From: Candidatus Krumholzibacteriia bacterium
GTDB lineage: Bacteria; Krumholzibacteriota; Krumholzibacteriia; JAJRXK01
Direction: 5' to 3'
NCBI GenBank assembly: GCA_041484665.1
Contig: JBGPIA010000002.1
Span: forward strand, 608,001 to 672,000
Length of the DNA: 64,000 nt
Part shown: positions 46,637 to 57,701 of the stretch, piece after piece
Numbering within the stretch: position 1 is the stretch's first letter
Layout of the letters: each line of letters begins with the position of its first letter
Notes under the pieces: generated by a model
Seen by the model: only the letters and a program-made list of their open reading frames with translations
Database searches by the model: none
Told to the model about the DNA's origin: nothing
Program-made: the position numbers and the translations under genes

Positions 46637-47439
46637 CAACCCTTCTTGTCCCTCTCCTTGCCCCTCTCGGGCCGCTCCGGCTTTTCGGCCTTCGCCCCCT
46701 TCTCGCCCTTCGCACCCTTCTCGCCTTTCGCACCCTTCTCGCCCTTCGCCCCCTTCTCGACCTTGTCGCCCTTCTCGCCCTTCTCGTCCGTGGCGGCGGC
46801 CTCGGCACCGCCCTCGCCCGGCGCGGCCTCCGCGCCGACCTCGGCGGTCTCGGCAGCGGCGGGCGTCGGCTCGGCGGCGAGCATGGTCGCGCTCACGACG
46901 GCGCACAGCGTCAACTCGGCATCGTCCACGATCTCGAAGCCCGCGGCCTGCACGTCGGAAACGTGGAGCGACTGCCCGCTGTGCAGCGCGCTCACGTCGA
47001 GCTCGATGCTGTCGGGGATCGCGGTCGGCAAGACCCGGATCGCCAGGTCGTGGCGCAGCCACTGGAGCAGGCCGGCCTCGTTCTTCACTCCGTAGGGCAG
47101 CCCCACGCCGCGCAATGGCACGTGGACGACGATCGCCTCGTCCATGCGGATGGAGAGCAGGTCGGCGTGCAGGAACTCGCGGCCCACCGGGTGCCGCTGG
47201 ATCTCGCGGATCATCGCGACTTCGGACTCCCCGCCCTGGAACTGCAGATTGAGGATGACGCGCACTCCGGCCCGCGTCGCCAGGGCCTTGCGGAACTCCT
47301 TCTCATCGACGGAGATCGGCCGCGACGGCTTGCTCCCGCCATACAGAACGGCCGGCACACGGTTGGCGGCGCGCAGCTGGCGGGCGACGCCCTTGCCGGC
47401 CCGATCACGGGGAGTGACGTTCAGGTTCACGGTTGCCAT
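46636..47439 (-). CDS. rplY: 50S ribosomal protein L25/Ctc (long form) with Gly-X-Lys repeat tail
   Basis: ATG 47439. GKGVARQLR..VPAVLYG, IQRHPV..HAD, IPDSIELDVS. Confidence 0.96.
   Translation of the reverse strand: MATVNLNVTPRDRAGKGVARQLRAANRVPAVLYGGSKPSRPISVDEKEFRKALATRAGVRVILNLQFQGGESEVAMIREIQRHPVGREFLHADLLSIRMDEAIVVHVPLRGVGLPYGVKNEAGLLQWLRHDLAIRVLPTAIPDSIELDVSALHSGQSLHVSDVQAAGFEIVDDAELTLCAVVSATMLAAEPTPAAAETAEVGAEAAPGEGGAEAAATDEKGEKGDKVEKGAKGEKGAKGEKGAKGEKGAKAEKPERPERGKERDKKG
46690..46785 (-). repeat. 9/18-bp tandem coding repeat (GEK-GAK)n in rplY 3' end
   Basis: Plus strand has repeated cccttctcg/cccttcgc units encoding EKGEKGDKVEKGAKGEKGAKGEKGAKGEKGAK. Confidence 0.9.
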
Positions 47440-47774
47440 TACGTCTGCTCTCTGCTCTGGGGCGCTGGAGCGCCCGGTTCCTCGTCCCGACCGCCGGGTC
47501 GGGTTCCCGCGCGGGGAGTGGCATGCACCCGGGGCGTCGGCGCCCCGGCCTCGCCCGTCCCAGCGCCTTGGGGCTTCGGCGGGTGGTTCCGACAAGCCGC
47601 TTAGTATAGGCGACGGTGCAGGCGATGGGTAGGGGCGAGTTGAGCCGGCCGGCCGCGGGCGCGCCAGCGGTTCGCCGATCGTCTGCGGGCCAGCCGGCGG
47701 CGGCCGGGCGCGTGGTCCACTGCGGCGCTTCGCCCGCTCCCGGTCGGCACTCGGCCGCGCACGCGCACGCCGGC

Positions 47775-48713
47775 TCAGACGAACAGGGACGAGATCGTCT
47801 GCTCCAGGTGGATGCGCTTGACCGCCTCGGCCAACAACGGCGCAATGTCCAAAACGTGGAACTTGGAGGAGCCTCCCACGTCCTTGAGCGGGACCGTATT
47901 GGTGACCACCACCTCGCGCACCGGCGCCTCGATCAGGCGCGCGATGGCCGGACCCGAGAAGACGGCGTGGGTAGCGCAGATGTCGATGCCGACGGCCTGC
48001 TGGCGCACCAGCTCCTTGGCGGCGTCGCTCATGGTGCCGGCGGTGTCGATCAGGTCGTCGAAGACGATCACGTTGCGCCCACGGACGTCGCCGATGAAGT
48101 TGACGACCTCCGCCTCGTTGGGCCGCGGCCGCCGCTTGTCGATGATGGCCAGCGTCGCCCCCAGACGCTTGGCGAAGGCGCGCGCCATCTTGATGCTGCC
48201 CACGTCGGGCGCCACGATGGCCAGATTCTCGATGCGGCGCTCACGTTGGTAGTAGTCCAGGAGCACCGGCGCGGCGTACAGATGGTCCAGCGGGATGTCG
48301 AAGAAGCCCTGGATCTGCGGCGCGTGCAGGTCCATCGTGAGCACGCGGTCGGCACCCGCCTCGGTGATCAGGTTGGCCATGAGCTTGGCCGAGATGGGGA
48401 CCCGTGGCTGGTCCTTGCGGTCCTGGCGCGCGTAGCCGAAGTAGGGGATGACCGCCGTGATGCGTTGCGCGCTGCTGCGTCGGACGGCGTCCAGCAGCAG
48501 CAACAGCTCTACGAGATTCTCGGCCGGTGGACTGGTCGGCTGGACGATGAAGACGTCCGTGCCGCGGACGTTCTCCTGGATCTTGATCTGGATCTCGCCG
48601 TCGCTGAAGCTGGAGATCGAGACGTCGGTCGGCGAAACGTCCAAGTAGTGGCAGATGCGCTGGGCCAGAGCGGGGTGGCCCCGGCCGCTGAGAATCCTCA
48701 GTCTCCTACCCAT
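47775..48713 (-). CDS. prs: Ribose-phosphate pyrophosphokinase
   Basis: ATG 48713. FSDGE, PYFGYARQDRK, DLHAPQIQGFF, DKRR, DDLIDTAGT. Confidence 0.97.
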   Translation of the reverse strand: MGRRLRILSGRGHPALAQRICHYLDVSPTDVSISSFSDGEIQIKIQENVRGTDVFIVQPTSPPAENLVELLLLLDAVRRSSAQRITAVIPYFGYARQDRKDQPRVPISAKLMANLITEAGADRVLTMDLHAPQIQGFFDIPLDHLYAAPVLLDYYQRERRIENLAIVAPDVGSIKMARAFAKRLGATLAIIDKRRPRPNEAEVVNFIGDVRGRNVIVFDDLIDTAGTMSDAAKELVRQQAVGIDICATHAVFSGPAIARLIEAPVREVVVTNTVPLKDVGGSSKFHVLDIAPLLAEAVKRIHLEQTISSLFV

Positions 48714-48853
48714 TGACGCGACCCGTGACGGTCCCCTCCCACGCAACGACGCGCCGCGTCCCAGCCCGGCGGTGTCGGGATTGCAGCCACTCCGCCGCGC
48801 GGCTGCGCGGTCCCGCGCCGCCCGCCACGCCAACGCTGCGCGGGGTCGCGGGG

Positions 48854-49177
48854 TCAGTAGGCGTCCTCGGCCTCCAGATCGTCCTCCGGCCCGGCCGGAA
48901 AGGTGTGCAAACCGGCCTGGGCCTTCTGCACCTCTTCCTTGTACGCGGCGATCACCTGGCTCTCCAACCACTCGCGAGTCTCGCGGTTGATCGGATGGGC
49001 CACGTCCTGGTAGGTTCCGTCCTTGCGCTGTCGGCTCGGCATCGCGATAAACGTACCCTGCGAGCCCTGGATGATCTTGAGACCCCGGATGACGAGCATG
49101 TTGTCGAGGGTGATGGAGGCGAATGCTTTGAGCTTGTCATCGTCACGGAGCGTGATCCTGATCTCAGTGATTTCCAA
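48854..49177 (-). CDS. spoVG: SpoVG family nucleic-acid-binding protein
   Basis: MEITEIRI..LKAFASITLD..FIAMPSR..DVAHPI (TTG start). Confidence 0.95.
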   Translation of the reverse strand: MEITEIRITLRDDDKLKAFASITLDNMLVIRGLKIIQGSQGTFIAMPSRQRKDGTYQDVAHPINRETREWLESQVIAAYKEEVQKAQAGLHTFPAGPEDDLEAEDAY

Positions 49178-49206
49178 GCCTCACCTGCCCTTTTGTGGGA
49201 TCCGGT

Positions 49207-50112
49207 TCACTGATCCCCCGGATCGGGACTCCTTTCCCGTTCACAATCGATCTCCACACCAAAGTTAGTGGAGCGACCGATCCAGGTGAACGCCTCTCCG
49301 ACGTCGACAGATTCCTTCGCTTTCTCCGTTTCTTCAAGAGCTAAGTAGACAGCGAAAAGACTGGGGCCGCTCCCGCTCAACATGGCCAGGCGTGCGCCGC
49401 TGTCCTGCAACTGGAGCAGGAGGCGGTGGAGAGCCGGGAATGCCGGGAGCACGACATCCCCCAACCGATTGAACCCGGGCCAGGGGCGCTCAGGGAAGCG
49501 AGCCAGCAAGGACTTGTAGTTAGCGAGGTTAACCTTGGGTGGAGCATGCGTCAATCCCATTCTCAGGTGCTCATAGACCCACGCAGTGGAAAGCTCGATC
49601 CGCGGCGTGATGATCAGATACCAGCCGCCGCCCGAGGCGGAAAGTGGAGTGAGTACTTCGCCCACTCCACGCGCGAGCTGCGTGCCACCACGCAGGAAGA
49701 ACGGCACGTCGGCACCCAGACGTGCGGCCAACGCGTGCAGCTCCTCGGGCTCGACTTGCACATCCCACAAGCGCGGCAGCGCGAGCAGGCAGGCGGCCGC
49801 GTCGGCGGATCCCCCGCCCAGGCCGGCCGCGACCGGAATGCGCTTGTGGATGTCGATCTGCACACCCTTGCGTACGCCGGTGTGCGCCCGCAGCGCGCGT
49901 GCGGCGCGCCAACACAGATTGGTGCGGTCCAGCGGTACGCCCGGGTGGTCGCAGCGCACCTTGATGCCGCTGCGCAGCCGGCGCAGGTGGAGCGTATCGT
50001 GCAGCCCGACGGACTGCAGAATCGTCTCCACCTCGTGGTAGCCATCCTCGCGGCGGTGGAGCACCTCCAGGTGCAGGTTCACCTTCGCGTGCGCCTTCGC
50101 CCGCAGGATCAT
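49207..50112 (-). CDS. ispE: 4-diphosphocytidyl-2-C-methyl-D-erythritol kinase
   Basis: ATG 50112. AKVNLHL, KRIPVAAGLGGGSADAA, GADVPFF, LSGSGPS. Confidence 0.96.
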   Translation of the reverse strand: MILRAKAHAKVNLHLEVLHRREDGYHEVETILQSVGLHDTLHLRRLRSGIKVRCDHPGVPLDRTNLCWRAARALRAHTGVRKGVQIDIHKRIPVAAGLGGGSADAAACLLALPRLWDVQVEPEELHALAARLGADVPFFLRGGTQLARGVGEVLTPLSASGGGWYLIITPRIELSTAWVYEHLRMGLTHAPPKVNLANYKSLLARFPERPWPGFNRLGDVVLPAFPALHRLLLQLQDSGARLAMLSGSGPSLFAVYLALEETEKAKESVDVGEAFTWIGRSTNFGVEIDCERERSPDPGDQ

Positions 50113-51206
50113 CCGAGCCCACCCCGCGTGCGGTACGCCTCGAACAGCCGCCCCCAGGGTGTCTTGTTGTAACGGCGGATGATGCTGCGCCCCACCGTGG
50201 GGTACCAGATCCCATCGTGATACACGTTGCTGGCGAAGGGCGCCCAGACCATCAGGGGCGAATGCAGCGCGATCTTCTCCAGGAAGCGCAGCGGGCCGCG
50301 CCGGAGCATCTGGTCGCCCCAGATCACCAGGCTGCGCGAGACCTTGAAGCCGAAGTTCACGCCGGAGACGTCCTCTCCCACCACCTCGATGTCCTCGGTG
50401 CGCGCGCGGCCCAGGCCGCGCTCGTCGCACATGCGCAGGTACGGGATCGCCATGGGGTCGAAGCCCATCATCCTGGCCGCCACCGCGTCGATGGCCACGC
50501 TGTCCGCGGAGGCGAGCAGCACGTTCTGGATGCTGGGCTTCATCGTGCGCGGCCCCGCGCCATTGCCACAAACTGTCCCGTCCATCACAGCGAAGACATT
50601 GGGGTGCAGCTCCCGCTGCATGTACATGAGATCCACGAGCACCTCGTGCATGTGCTTGTGAGCGTAGTGCCGCACCTCTTTCAGCAGGCCGCCAAAGGAG
50701 TTCTTGATTGCGCCGGTGGTGATGCTGTGCCCGTGCGTCTTCACCGTGGGCAGGTGCAGGATGTCGCGCCCGACGTACATCTTGGGGATCTCGATCCCTT
50801 CGGGGAAGATGCGGTTGAGCTTGAGCAGCGGGCTCTTGAACGGGTAGACGGTCCACTCCACTTCGGGCAGCGGCGTGAAGCCGAAACCGTGCTCGCGCAG
50901 CACCGGCTCCCACAGGTTGTTGCGCGCGCCCTTGCGCGGGTTGGTCACCACGGTCTTGTTCTCGACGCAGAAGACGCGCTGCGGTGAGAAGTGCGCGTCC
51001 TTGAGGGCGCGCAGCACCCCGTCCACCTGCCAGGGCTGGCTGCTGCAGGCGGGGAAGTACTTGGTCCACGACAGGTTGAGCTTGACGAGCAGGTCCCGCT
51101 GCGGGCTGAGGTGCTCGTGCCAGTCGGCCAGCTCCATCACGCGACGGTAGTCGTCGAGCACCGTCTCGGGCGTGGTGCTGACCACCGCGACCTTGCTGCG
51201 TGCCAT
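50109..51206 (-). CDS. DUF362 domain protein
   Basis: LVKLNL, LPTVKTHGHSITTGAIKNSFG, DGTVCGNGAGP, DSVAIDAVAARMMGFDP; AAGGAG RBS. Confidence 0.85.
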   Translation of the reverse strand: MARSKVAVVSTTPETVLDDYRRVMELADWHEHLSPQRDLLVKLNLSWTKYFPACSSQPWQVDGVLRALKDAHFSPQRVFCVENKTVVTNPRKGARNNLWEPVLREHGFGFTPLPEVEWTVYPFKSPLLKLNRIFPEGIEIPKMYVGRDILHLPTVKTHGHSITTGAIKNSFGGLLKEVRHYAHKHMHEVLVDLMYMQRELHPNVFAVMDGTVCGNGAGPRTMKPSIQNVLLASADSVAIDAVAARMMGFDPMAIPYLRMCDERGLGRARTEDIEVVGEDVSGVNFGFKVSRSLVIWGDQMLRRGPLRFLEKIALHSPLMVWAPFASNVYHDGIWYPTVGRSIIRRYNKTPWGRLFEAYRTRGGLG

Positions 51207-51272
51207 GGGCTGCTCCTTGAAGGTGGTGTGGTCCTGCTCGCCCCCGCGCGGGCACGGGTCAGCCGTCTCGGC

Positions 51273-52154
51273 TCAGGTGCGGTACAGGATCCAGCCGACG
51301 CACACGACCCAGAGCAGAACGGTAACCATAATCGATTTCTCGTGGAGCAGCATCTCGGCCGGATCGTCCCCCTTGTCCCGCTCCATCACCAAGAAGAGGT
51401 ACCGTCCGATGCCGTAGAACACGAACGGCACGGTGAACACCAGCGCCTCGGTGCCGAACTTCGCCACCGTGTCCGGCCAGATCGTGTAGAGGCAGTAGCT
51501 CTGGATCGTGAGGGCCGCCGCGATGGCGATCAGCCGGTCGAGGAACTCCGGCCCGTAGCTGCGCAGGATGGCGCGGTGGTTGGCATCGACCACGGCCGCC
51601 TCGCGCCGGCGCTTGGTCAGCCCCAGGAACAGCGACAGGAAGAAGGTGCACACCAAGAGCCAGGCCGAGATCGTCACGTGGGTGCCGGCGCCCGCCAGCA
51701 CCTCGGCCCCGGCGATCGCCCGCAGGACGAAGCCCGCCGCGATGGCCATCACGTCCAGCAGCACCAGGTTGCGCAGCACCAGGGAGTAGAGGACGTTGAG
51801 CGTGAGATAGGCGACGGCCACCAGCAGGAAGTTATGCCCCAGCCATGCGGCGCACAGCAGCGCCAGCGGCGGAAGCACCGCCAGCGCTCCCCAGGCGGTC
51901 GCCGGGCGCAGCCGGCCCGAGGCGATGGGGCGCAGGCGCTTGCGCGGGTGGGACCGGTCGCGCTCCCGGTCCTTCAGGTCGTTGAACAGGTAAACGGTCC
52001 CGCTGAGCAGGCAGAACACGCAAAACCCCAGCACCGCGTGCAACAGCAGGCGCGGATCCTCGGCCCGGCGGGCGAAGATCGGGGCGGCGAAGAGGACGAG
52101 GTTCTTCGTCCACTGCCGGGGGCGCAGGCTGCGCAGGAGCTGGACCAGCTGCAT
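51273..52154 (-). CDS. UbiA-family polyprenyl-phosphate phosphoribosyltransferase (DPPR synthase-like)
   Basis: LRPRQWTKN, YLFNDLKDRERDRSHPRKRLRPIASG, GFVLR, KRRRE, GDDP. Confidence 0.9.
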   Translation of the reverse strand: MQLVQLLRSLRPRQWTKNLVLFAAPIFARRAEDPRLLLHAVLGFCVFCLLSGTVYLFNDLKDRERDRSHPRKRLRPIASGRLRPATAWGALAVLPPLALLCAAWLGHNFLLVAVAYLTLNVLYSLVLRNLVLLDVMAIAAGFVLRAIAGAEVLAGAGTHVTISAWLLVCTFFLSLFLGLTKRRREAAVVDANHRAILRSYGPEFLDRLIAIAAALTIQSYCLYTIWPDTVAKFGTEALVFTVPFVFYGIGRYLFLVMERDKGDDPAEMLLHEKSIMVTVLLWVVCVGWILYRT

Positions 52155-52199
52155 CGTGGCCGAGTGACGGGACGCTTCGCCGTCGGTAGGCTTTGCCGT

Positions 52200-53615
52200 C
52201 TAGTACGCGTTCTCGCCCTTGAGCACGCTCTTGAGCGTGCGGAGCAGGATACGCATGTCCAGTCCCAAAGACCAGTTCTCGATGTAATGCAGGTCGTAGA
52301 GCGTGCGGACCTCGATCGGCGTGTTCCCCCGCAGGCCGTTGACCTGGGCCCAGCCGGTCAGCCCGCTGCGCACGCAGTGCCGCTCCAGGTAGCGAGGCAC
52401 GGTCTGCTCGAACTGCTGGGCGAAGTGGGCCCGCTCGGGGCGGGGCCCCACCAGGCTCATGTCCCCTCGCAGGACGTTCCACAGCTGCGGCAGCTCGTCG
52501 AGGCTCAAGCGCCTCAGCCACGCTCCCACCCACGTGCGCCGGGGGTCGTCCTTCGCCGCCCACACCGGGCCGAGGCCGGTCTCGGCGCCAGAGCGCATGG
52601 TGCGGAACTTCAGCATGTAGAACAGCCGATTGTCGCGCCCTAGCCGCTCTTGGCGGTAGAGCACCGCACCCTGCGAGCCGAACTTGACCGCCGTCGCGAC
52701 GACCAGCAGGAAGGGTGACAGCAGCAGCAGCCCCAGCGCGGACAGGGTGAGGTCGAAGCTGCGTTTGACGATCCGGTCGATGCCCGACAGCCCCACCTCC
52801 CGCACGCTGATGAACGGCAGGCCGGCGATCTCCTTGAGGCGCATGCGGCTGGTGTGGATGCGCTGCATGTCGGGCACGAACTGCACGTCGACGTGCGTGG
52901 GCGAGAGCACCTCGGCGATGTGGGTCACGGCGGCCAGTCGCTCGAAGGGCAGCGCCAGGATCACCAGATCCACGCGCTGCTCCTCCACCACGCGCGCCAG
53001 ATCTGCGTAGCCGCCCAGCACGGGGAGGTCGGGCCGGCGAGCGCCGTCGGGGGACTCCTCCTCCACCTCGCCGATCACCTGCACGCCCAGGCCGGGCAGG
53101 TGCGCGAAGGTCTCCAGCAGTCGATCGCGCATGCCCGTGCGCCCCAGCAGCACCACGCGCGCGACGCCGATCCCGTGGCGCACGACGCGCCGCAGCGCCA
53201 TGCGCGCCGCCGCGCGCCCCACCACCAGGAACAGCAGACTCATCAGGAAGAATACGCCGAAGAAGCTGCGCGAGTAGCTGAAGGAGCGCAGGAAGAACGC
53301 CAGTGCGAGCACCACGAGGCTGCCGATCACCACCCCCTTGCCCAGGCCGAAGACGTCCTCCTCGATGCTCTTGCGGCGAGTCGCGTCGTAGAGCCCTTCG
53401 GCGTAGAAGATGCCGGCCCACACCAGCAGCAGGACCAGGCTCGTGTAGAAATACGGCGCGAACGGCGGCACACCCAGCGGCGTGAGGAACCAGCCGGACC
53501 GAAAACGCATGAGGTAGGTAAGGGCGAACGCCGCCTCCAGCGCCAGCAGGTCGCTGGCGAGGTAGACCGCGGGCTGGACCAGATCCGCTTTGCGCGAGCG
53601 CATCGTCCGCAGCAT
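52200..53615 (-). CDS. Undecaprenyl-phosphate glucose phosphotransferase (WcaJ/WbaP family)
   Basis: 4 N-terminal TMs, [43 protein letters not shown]. Confidence 0.93.
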   Translation of the reverse strand: MLRTMRSRKADLVQPAVYLASDLLALEAAFALTYLMRFRSGWFLTPLGVPPFAPYFYTSLVLLLVWAGIFYAEGLYDATRRKSIEEDVFGLGKGVVIGSLVVLALAFFLRSFSYSRSFFGVFFLMSLLFLVVGRAAARMALRRVVRHGIGVARVVLLGRTGMRDRLLETFAHLPGLGVQVIGEVEEESPDGARRPDLPVLGGYADLARVVEEQRVDLVILALPFERLAAVTHIAEVLSPTHVDVQFVPDMQRIHTSRMRLKEIAGLPFISVREVGLSGIDRIVKRSFDLTLSALGLLLLSPFLLVVATAVKFGSQGAVLYRQERLGRDNRLFYMLKFRTMRSGAETGLGPVWAAKDDPRRTWVGAWLRRLSLDELPQLWNVLRGDMSLVGPRPERAHFAQQFEQTVPRYLERHCVRSGLTGWAQVNGLRGNTPIEVRTLYDLHYIENWSLGLDMRILLRTLKSVLKGENAY

Positions 53616-53616
53616 G

Positions 53617-54807
53617 TCAGGCCACCCCCGCGCCCTGGCGTGCCGTTGTCCCAGCGAGGGCCTGCTGCAGGAGCGTCCCCATCGCCGACGCGAAACGCTG
53701 TGGGCTGAAGCGGCGGGCGTGCTCGTGCATCGCTTGCGGGTCGAAACGCCGCCCCTCGCGCTCGAAACGGTCCAGGGCCGCAGCCAACCCGCAAGGCGAT
53801 GCGTCCTCGTAGAACTGGGCGGTGACACCGTCGATCATGGTGTCCAGCACTCCGCCCTGCGCGAGCGCGATGACCGGCAGCCCGCACGCCGCCGCCTCGA
53901 TGGGCGTCAGCCCGAAGTCCTCGACGCCGGGGAAGAGGAACGCGCGGTGCGAGCGCAGCAGCTGCGCCACCTGCGCGTCGCTGACCGCGCCCAGCAAATC
54001 GATGCGGTCGGCTGCGCCCAGCGCACGCGCCAGACGCTGCAAGCGAGGCAGCTCGGGCCCAGAGCCGGCGACGGTCAAGCGCCGCCCGCTGCGCGCACAC
54101 GCCTCCACCGCCACGTCGACCCGCTTGTAGGGCACCAGCGCGGAGATGATGAGGTAACGGTCCGTGCGGGGCGTTCCTTGGAGCGGCATGCCCAGCCCCT
54201 GCAGGTCGACGGGAGCGGGTAGGATTTCCACCCGTTCCGCCGGCACGCCGTAGCAGCGCACGATCCGCTCCTGCACGCAGCGGCTGATGGCCACGAAGCG
54301 GTCGACGCGCGCGGCCGTGGCCCGGTCCCAGCGCCGCAAGCGCTCCGCGGCCCGCGCCACGAGCGCCCGTCGCGGCCCGCGCAGGTGCCCGAAGTAGGTG
54401 TCGTAGGAGTCCCACACGTAGCGCATCGGCGTGAAGCAGTAGCACACGTGCACCCCGCGGGGAGCGCGCACACCCTTGGCCACGCAGTGGCTGGTGCTGA
54501 TCACCAGGTCGTAGCCCGAGAGGTCGAGTCGGTCGGCCCAGGCAGGGAACAGCGGCAGCAGCCAGCGGTAATAGCGCTGGGAGGCGGGCAGCCGGTTCAT
54601 CCACGAGGCGTGGACGGTGAGCCGCTCGATCGCGGGGTGGCTGGAGCCCGGCACGTGGAAGAGCGTGTAGAGCTCCGCCTGGGGGAGCAGCTCGGCAAAG
54701 ATCCGCAGCACCTTCTCCCCGCCGCGGTAGCCGGTGAGCCAGTCGTGCACCAGCGCCACACGGGGCGCGCCCGGAAGCTGCAACGGCGGCAACGTGGGCC
54801 CAGCCAT
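53617..54807 (-). CDS. GT4 glycosyltransferase (WbaZ-like mannosyltransferase)
   Basis: ATG 54807. VALVHDWLTGYRGGEKV, CYCFTPMRYVWD, LVPYKRVD, EDFGLTPIEA. Confidence 0.9.
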   Translation of the reverse strand: MAGPTLPPLQLPGAPRVALVHDWLTGYRGGEKVLRIFAELLPQAELYTLFHVPGSSHPAIERLTVHASWMNRLPASQRYYRWLLPLFPAWADRLDLSGYDLVISTSHCVAKGVRAPRGVHVCYCFTPMRYVWDSYDTYFGHLRGPRRALVARAAERLRRWDRATAARVDRFVAISRCVQERIVRCYGVPAERVEILPAPVDLQGLGMPLQGTPRTDRYLIISALVPYKRVDVAVEACARSGRRLTVAGSGPELPRLQRLARALGAADRIDLLGAVSDAQVAQLLRSHRAFLFPGVEDFGLTPIEAAACGLPVIALAQGGVLDTMIDGVTAQFYEDASPCGLAAALDRFEREGRRFDPQAMHEHARRFSPQRFASAMGTLLQQALAGTTARQGAGVA

Positions 54808-54814
54808 GGATCGC

Positions 54815-55533
54815 CTAGCTCCCACCCTCGCTGCGGCGGCGGTTGCGCCGCGGCGCCCCAGCCCGCGGCGCCGCGCCGGCGGCGGCCGCGCGCTGTGCGG
54901 GCGCGGCGCGCTCGAGGCCTGACGCCTGCACCGCTTGTCTCGCCACGGTCGGGGGAAACCCGCGCGCGACCAGGAAACGCATCTCCGCCACGGCCGAGGC
55001 CGCGCGCGCCGGGACGCGGCGCCGCGCCGCCAGCGCCTGCCGCGCAAGCTCGAGCTCGCGCTCCGCGGGCACGACCTCGCCCACCCCGGCCCGCGCGTCC
55101 TCGCGCGCCACACCCTGGGACCGCAGCCGCGCCAGGAGCCACGCGCGTCCCACCGGGCGTCGCGCGAGCTGGTCGGCGGCAAACGCCCGGGCGAAGTCCC
55201 GGTCGTCCAGCAGGCCCTGGGCGGCGAGCTGCTCCAGCACGGCATCGGTGGGTGCCTCGTCCGCGCCGGCGCGCAGGAGCCGCTCGCGCAGGCGGGCGCG
55301 GCTGTAACGGCGGCGCGCCAACAGGCGCAGAGCGGCACGGGCCGCCGCCTTGCGCGCCGCGGCCGCCTGCAGCGCGCCGCGCTGCCGCGCGTCGAGCAAC
55401 TGGCCCGCGGACAGTCCGCGCACCTCGGGAGCGTCAGGGGCCACCTCCGCGATGGCCCCGTCGCTCAGCACGACCCGCAGCGTTCGGGACTCCGCGTCCA
55501 GGTCCACCCGGACGATGTGGACGTCGTCCTCGT

Positions 55534-55537
<4 letters not shown>
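54815..55537 (-). CDS. recX: RecX regulator with N-terminal extension
   Basis: [44 protein letters not shown] overlaps the recA stop. Confidence 0.88.
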
Positions 55538-56841
<1,304 letters not shown>

Positions 56842-56935
56842 GGCCGTGCCTTTCTCGGGAAAGCGTCTTAATGTCCGGCTGGGAGGCGGAAAACGAAGGG
56901 AGGCGACCGGGAGGTCGCTCTGACGCCGCAGCGGC

Positions 56936-56964
56936 AATGTAGCACGCGTCCGGGACCGGATCAA
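56936..56964 (-). promoter_or_regulatory. sigma70-type recA promoter
   Basis: TTGATC-17-TACATT with TGn extension. Confidence 0.7.
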
Positions 56965-57014
56965 CCGGGGGTGGCCGCCCGCCAGGACGAGGCCGGGCGG
57001 GGCCGCGCGCGGCC

Positions 57015-57557
57015 TCAGCCAGGCAGCTTGGCGCTGTGCTGGACGGTCAGCCCAGATCCGCCGTCGGCCAGCAGCGCAAGCTCGCGGACGCTCATCGTCC
57101 ACGACTTGCCCGCCAGGGCCGCCTGCAGCTCCAGCTGTGCCTTCGCAGAGGGCGATCTCCCAAAGCGGGCCAGCAGCAGCTTCGGCCGCCACGGCGCCTC
57201 CACCTTCGGCTGCAGCTGCGCGGGCAGCTTGTGCAAGGTGGAGAGCGTGAGCGCCTGGAGCATCCCGGCGTTCTGCGCCGTGGCGATCCAGGCCTGCCGT
57301 ACCTTGCCCCACCGCCCGGAGAAGCTCAGGCCGGCCAGCTGGATCTCGAAGCCCTGGTGGGCGGCCGCCGCTTTGTCGATGGCGAAGCTCACGTGGTGCT
57401 GCAGCGCCGGGTCGATCTCCCCCAGATTCTGCAGCCGCACGGCCAGCTCCGAGTCCGTCAGCCACTGCGCGGGGCAGAGCGAGGAGAGCATGGTGCGCAG
57501 CGCGGCGATCTGCGGCAGGACCGTCTTGGACAACATGACGCCGAGCAGGGCGCCCAT
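57015..57557 (-). CDS. Degenerate 2H-phosphoesterase (ThpR paralog lacking both HxT motifs)
   Basis: AAGGAG RBS; end-to-end collinear similarity by eye with the adjacent ThpR (see findings). Confidence 0.7.
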   Translation of the reverse strand: MGALLGVMLSKTVLPQIAALRTMLSSLCPAQWLTDSELAVRLQNLGEIDPALQHHVSFAIDKAAAAHQGFEIQLAGLSFSGRWGKVRQAWIATAQNAGMLQALTLSTLHKLPAQLQPKVEAPWRPKLLLARFGRSPSAKAQLELQAALAGKSWTMSVRELALLADGGSGLTVQHSAKLPG

Positions 57558-57701
57558 GGCGTGCTCCTTCGGGGATGGCGTGGACGGTGGGGCAACAGGA
57601 TGCCGGGAGCGCGCGATTCCGTCTAGAGCCTCGCAGCGTGCGGCGGCGGCACGCAGCCGGCACCGGCACGCGCCGCGGGTCGCCCGCCGGGCGGGCCGGG
57701 C

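Noticed and set aside
46690..46785. Tandem repeat as a possible CRISPR or REP array
   Set aside because: No unique spacers and no cas genes; it is an in-frame coding repeat of rplY.
48714..48853. tRNA-Gln, often found between ispE/spoVG and prs
   Set aside because: No T-loop GTTCGA motif, cloverleaf or CCA end visible on either strand.
56842..57014. LexA/SOS box at recA
   Set aside because: No match to box types I know (CTGT-N8-ACAG, GAAC-N4-GTTC, GTTC-N7-GTTC); the short GC palindromes present are expected by chance.
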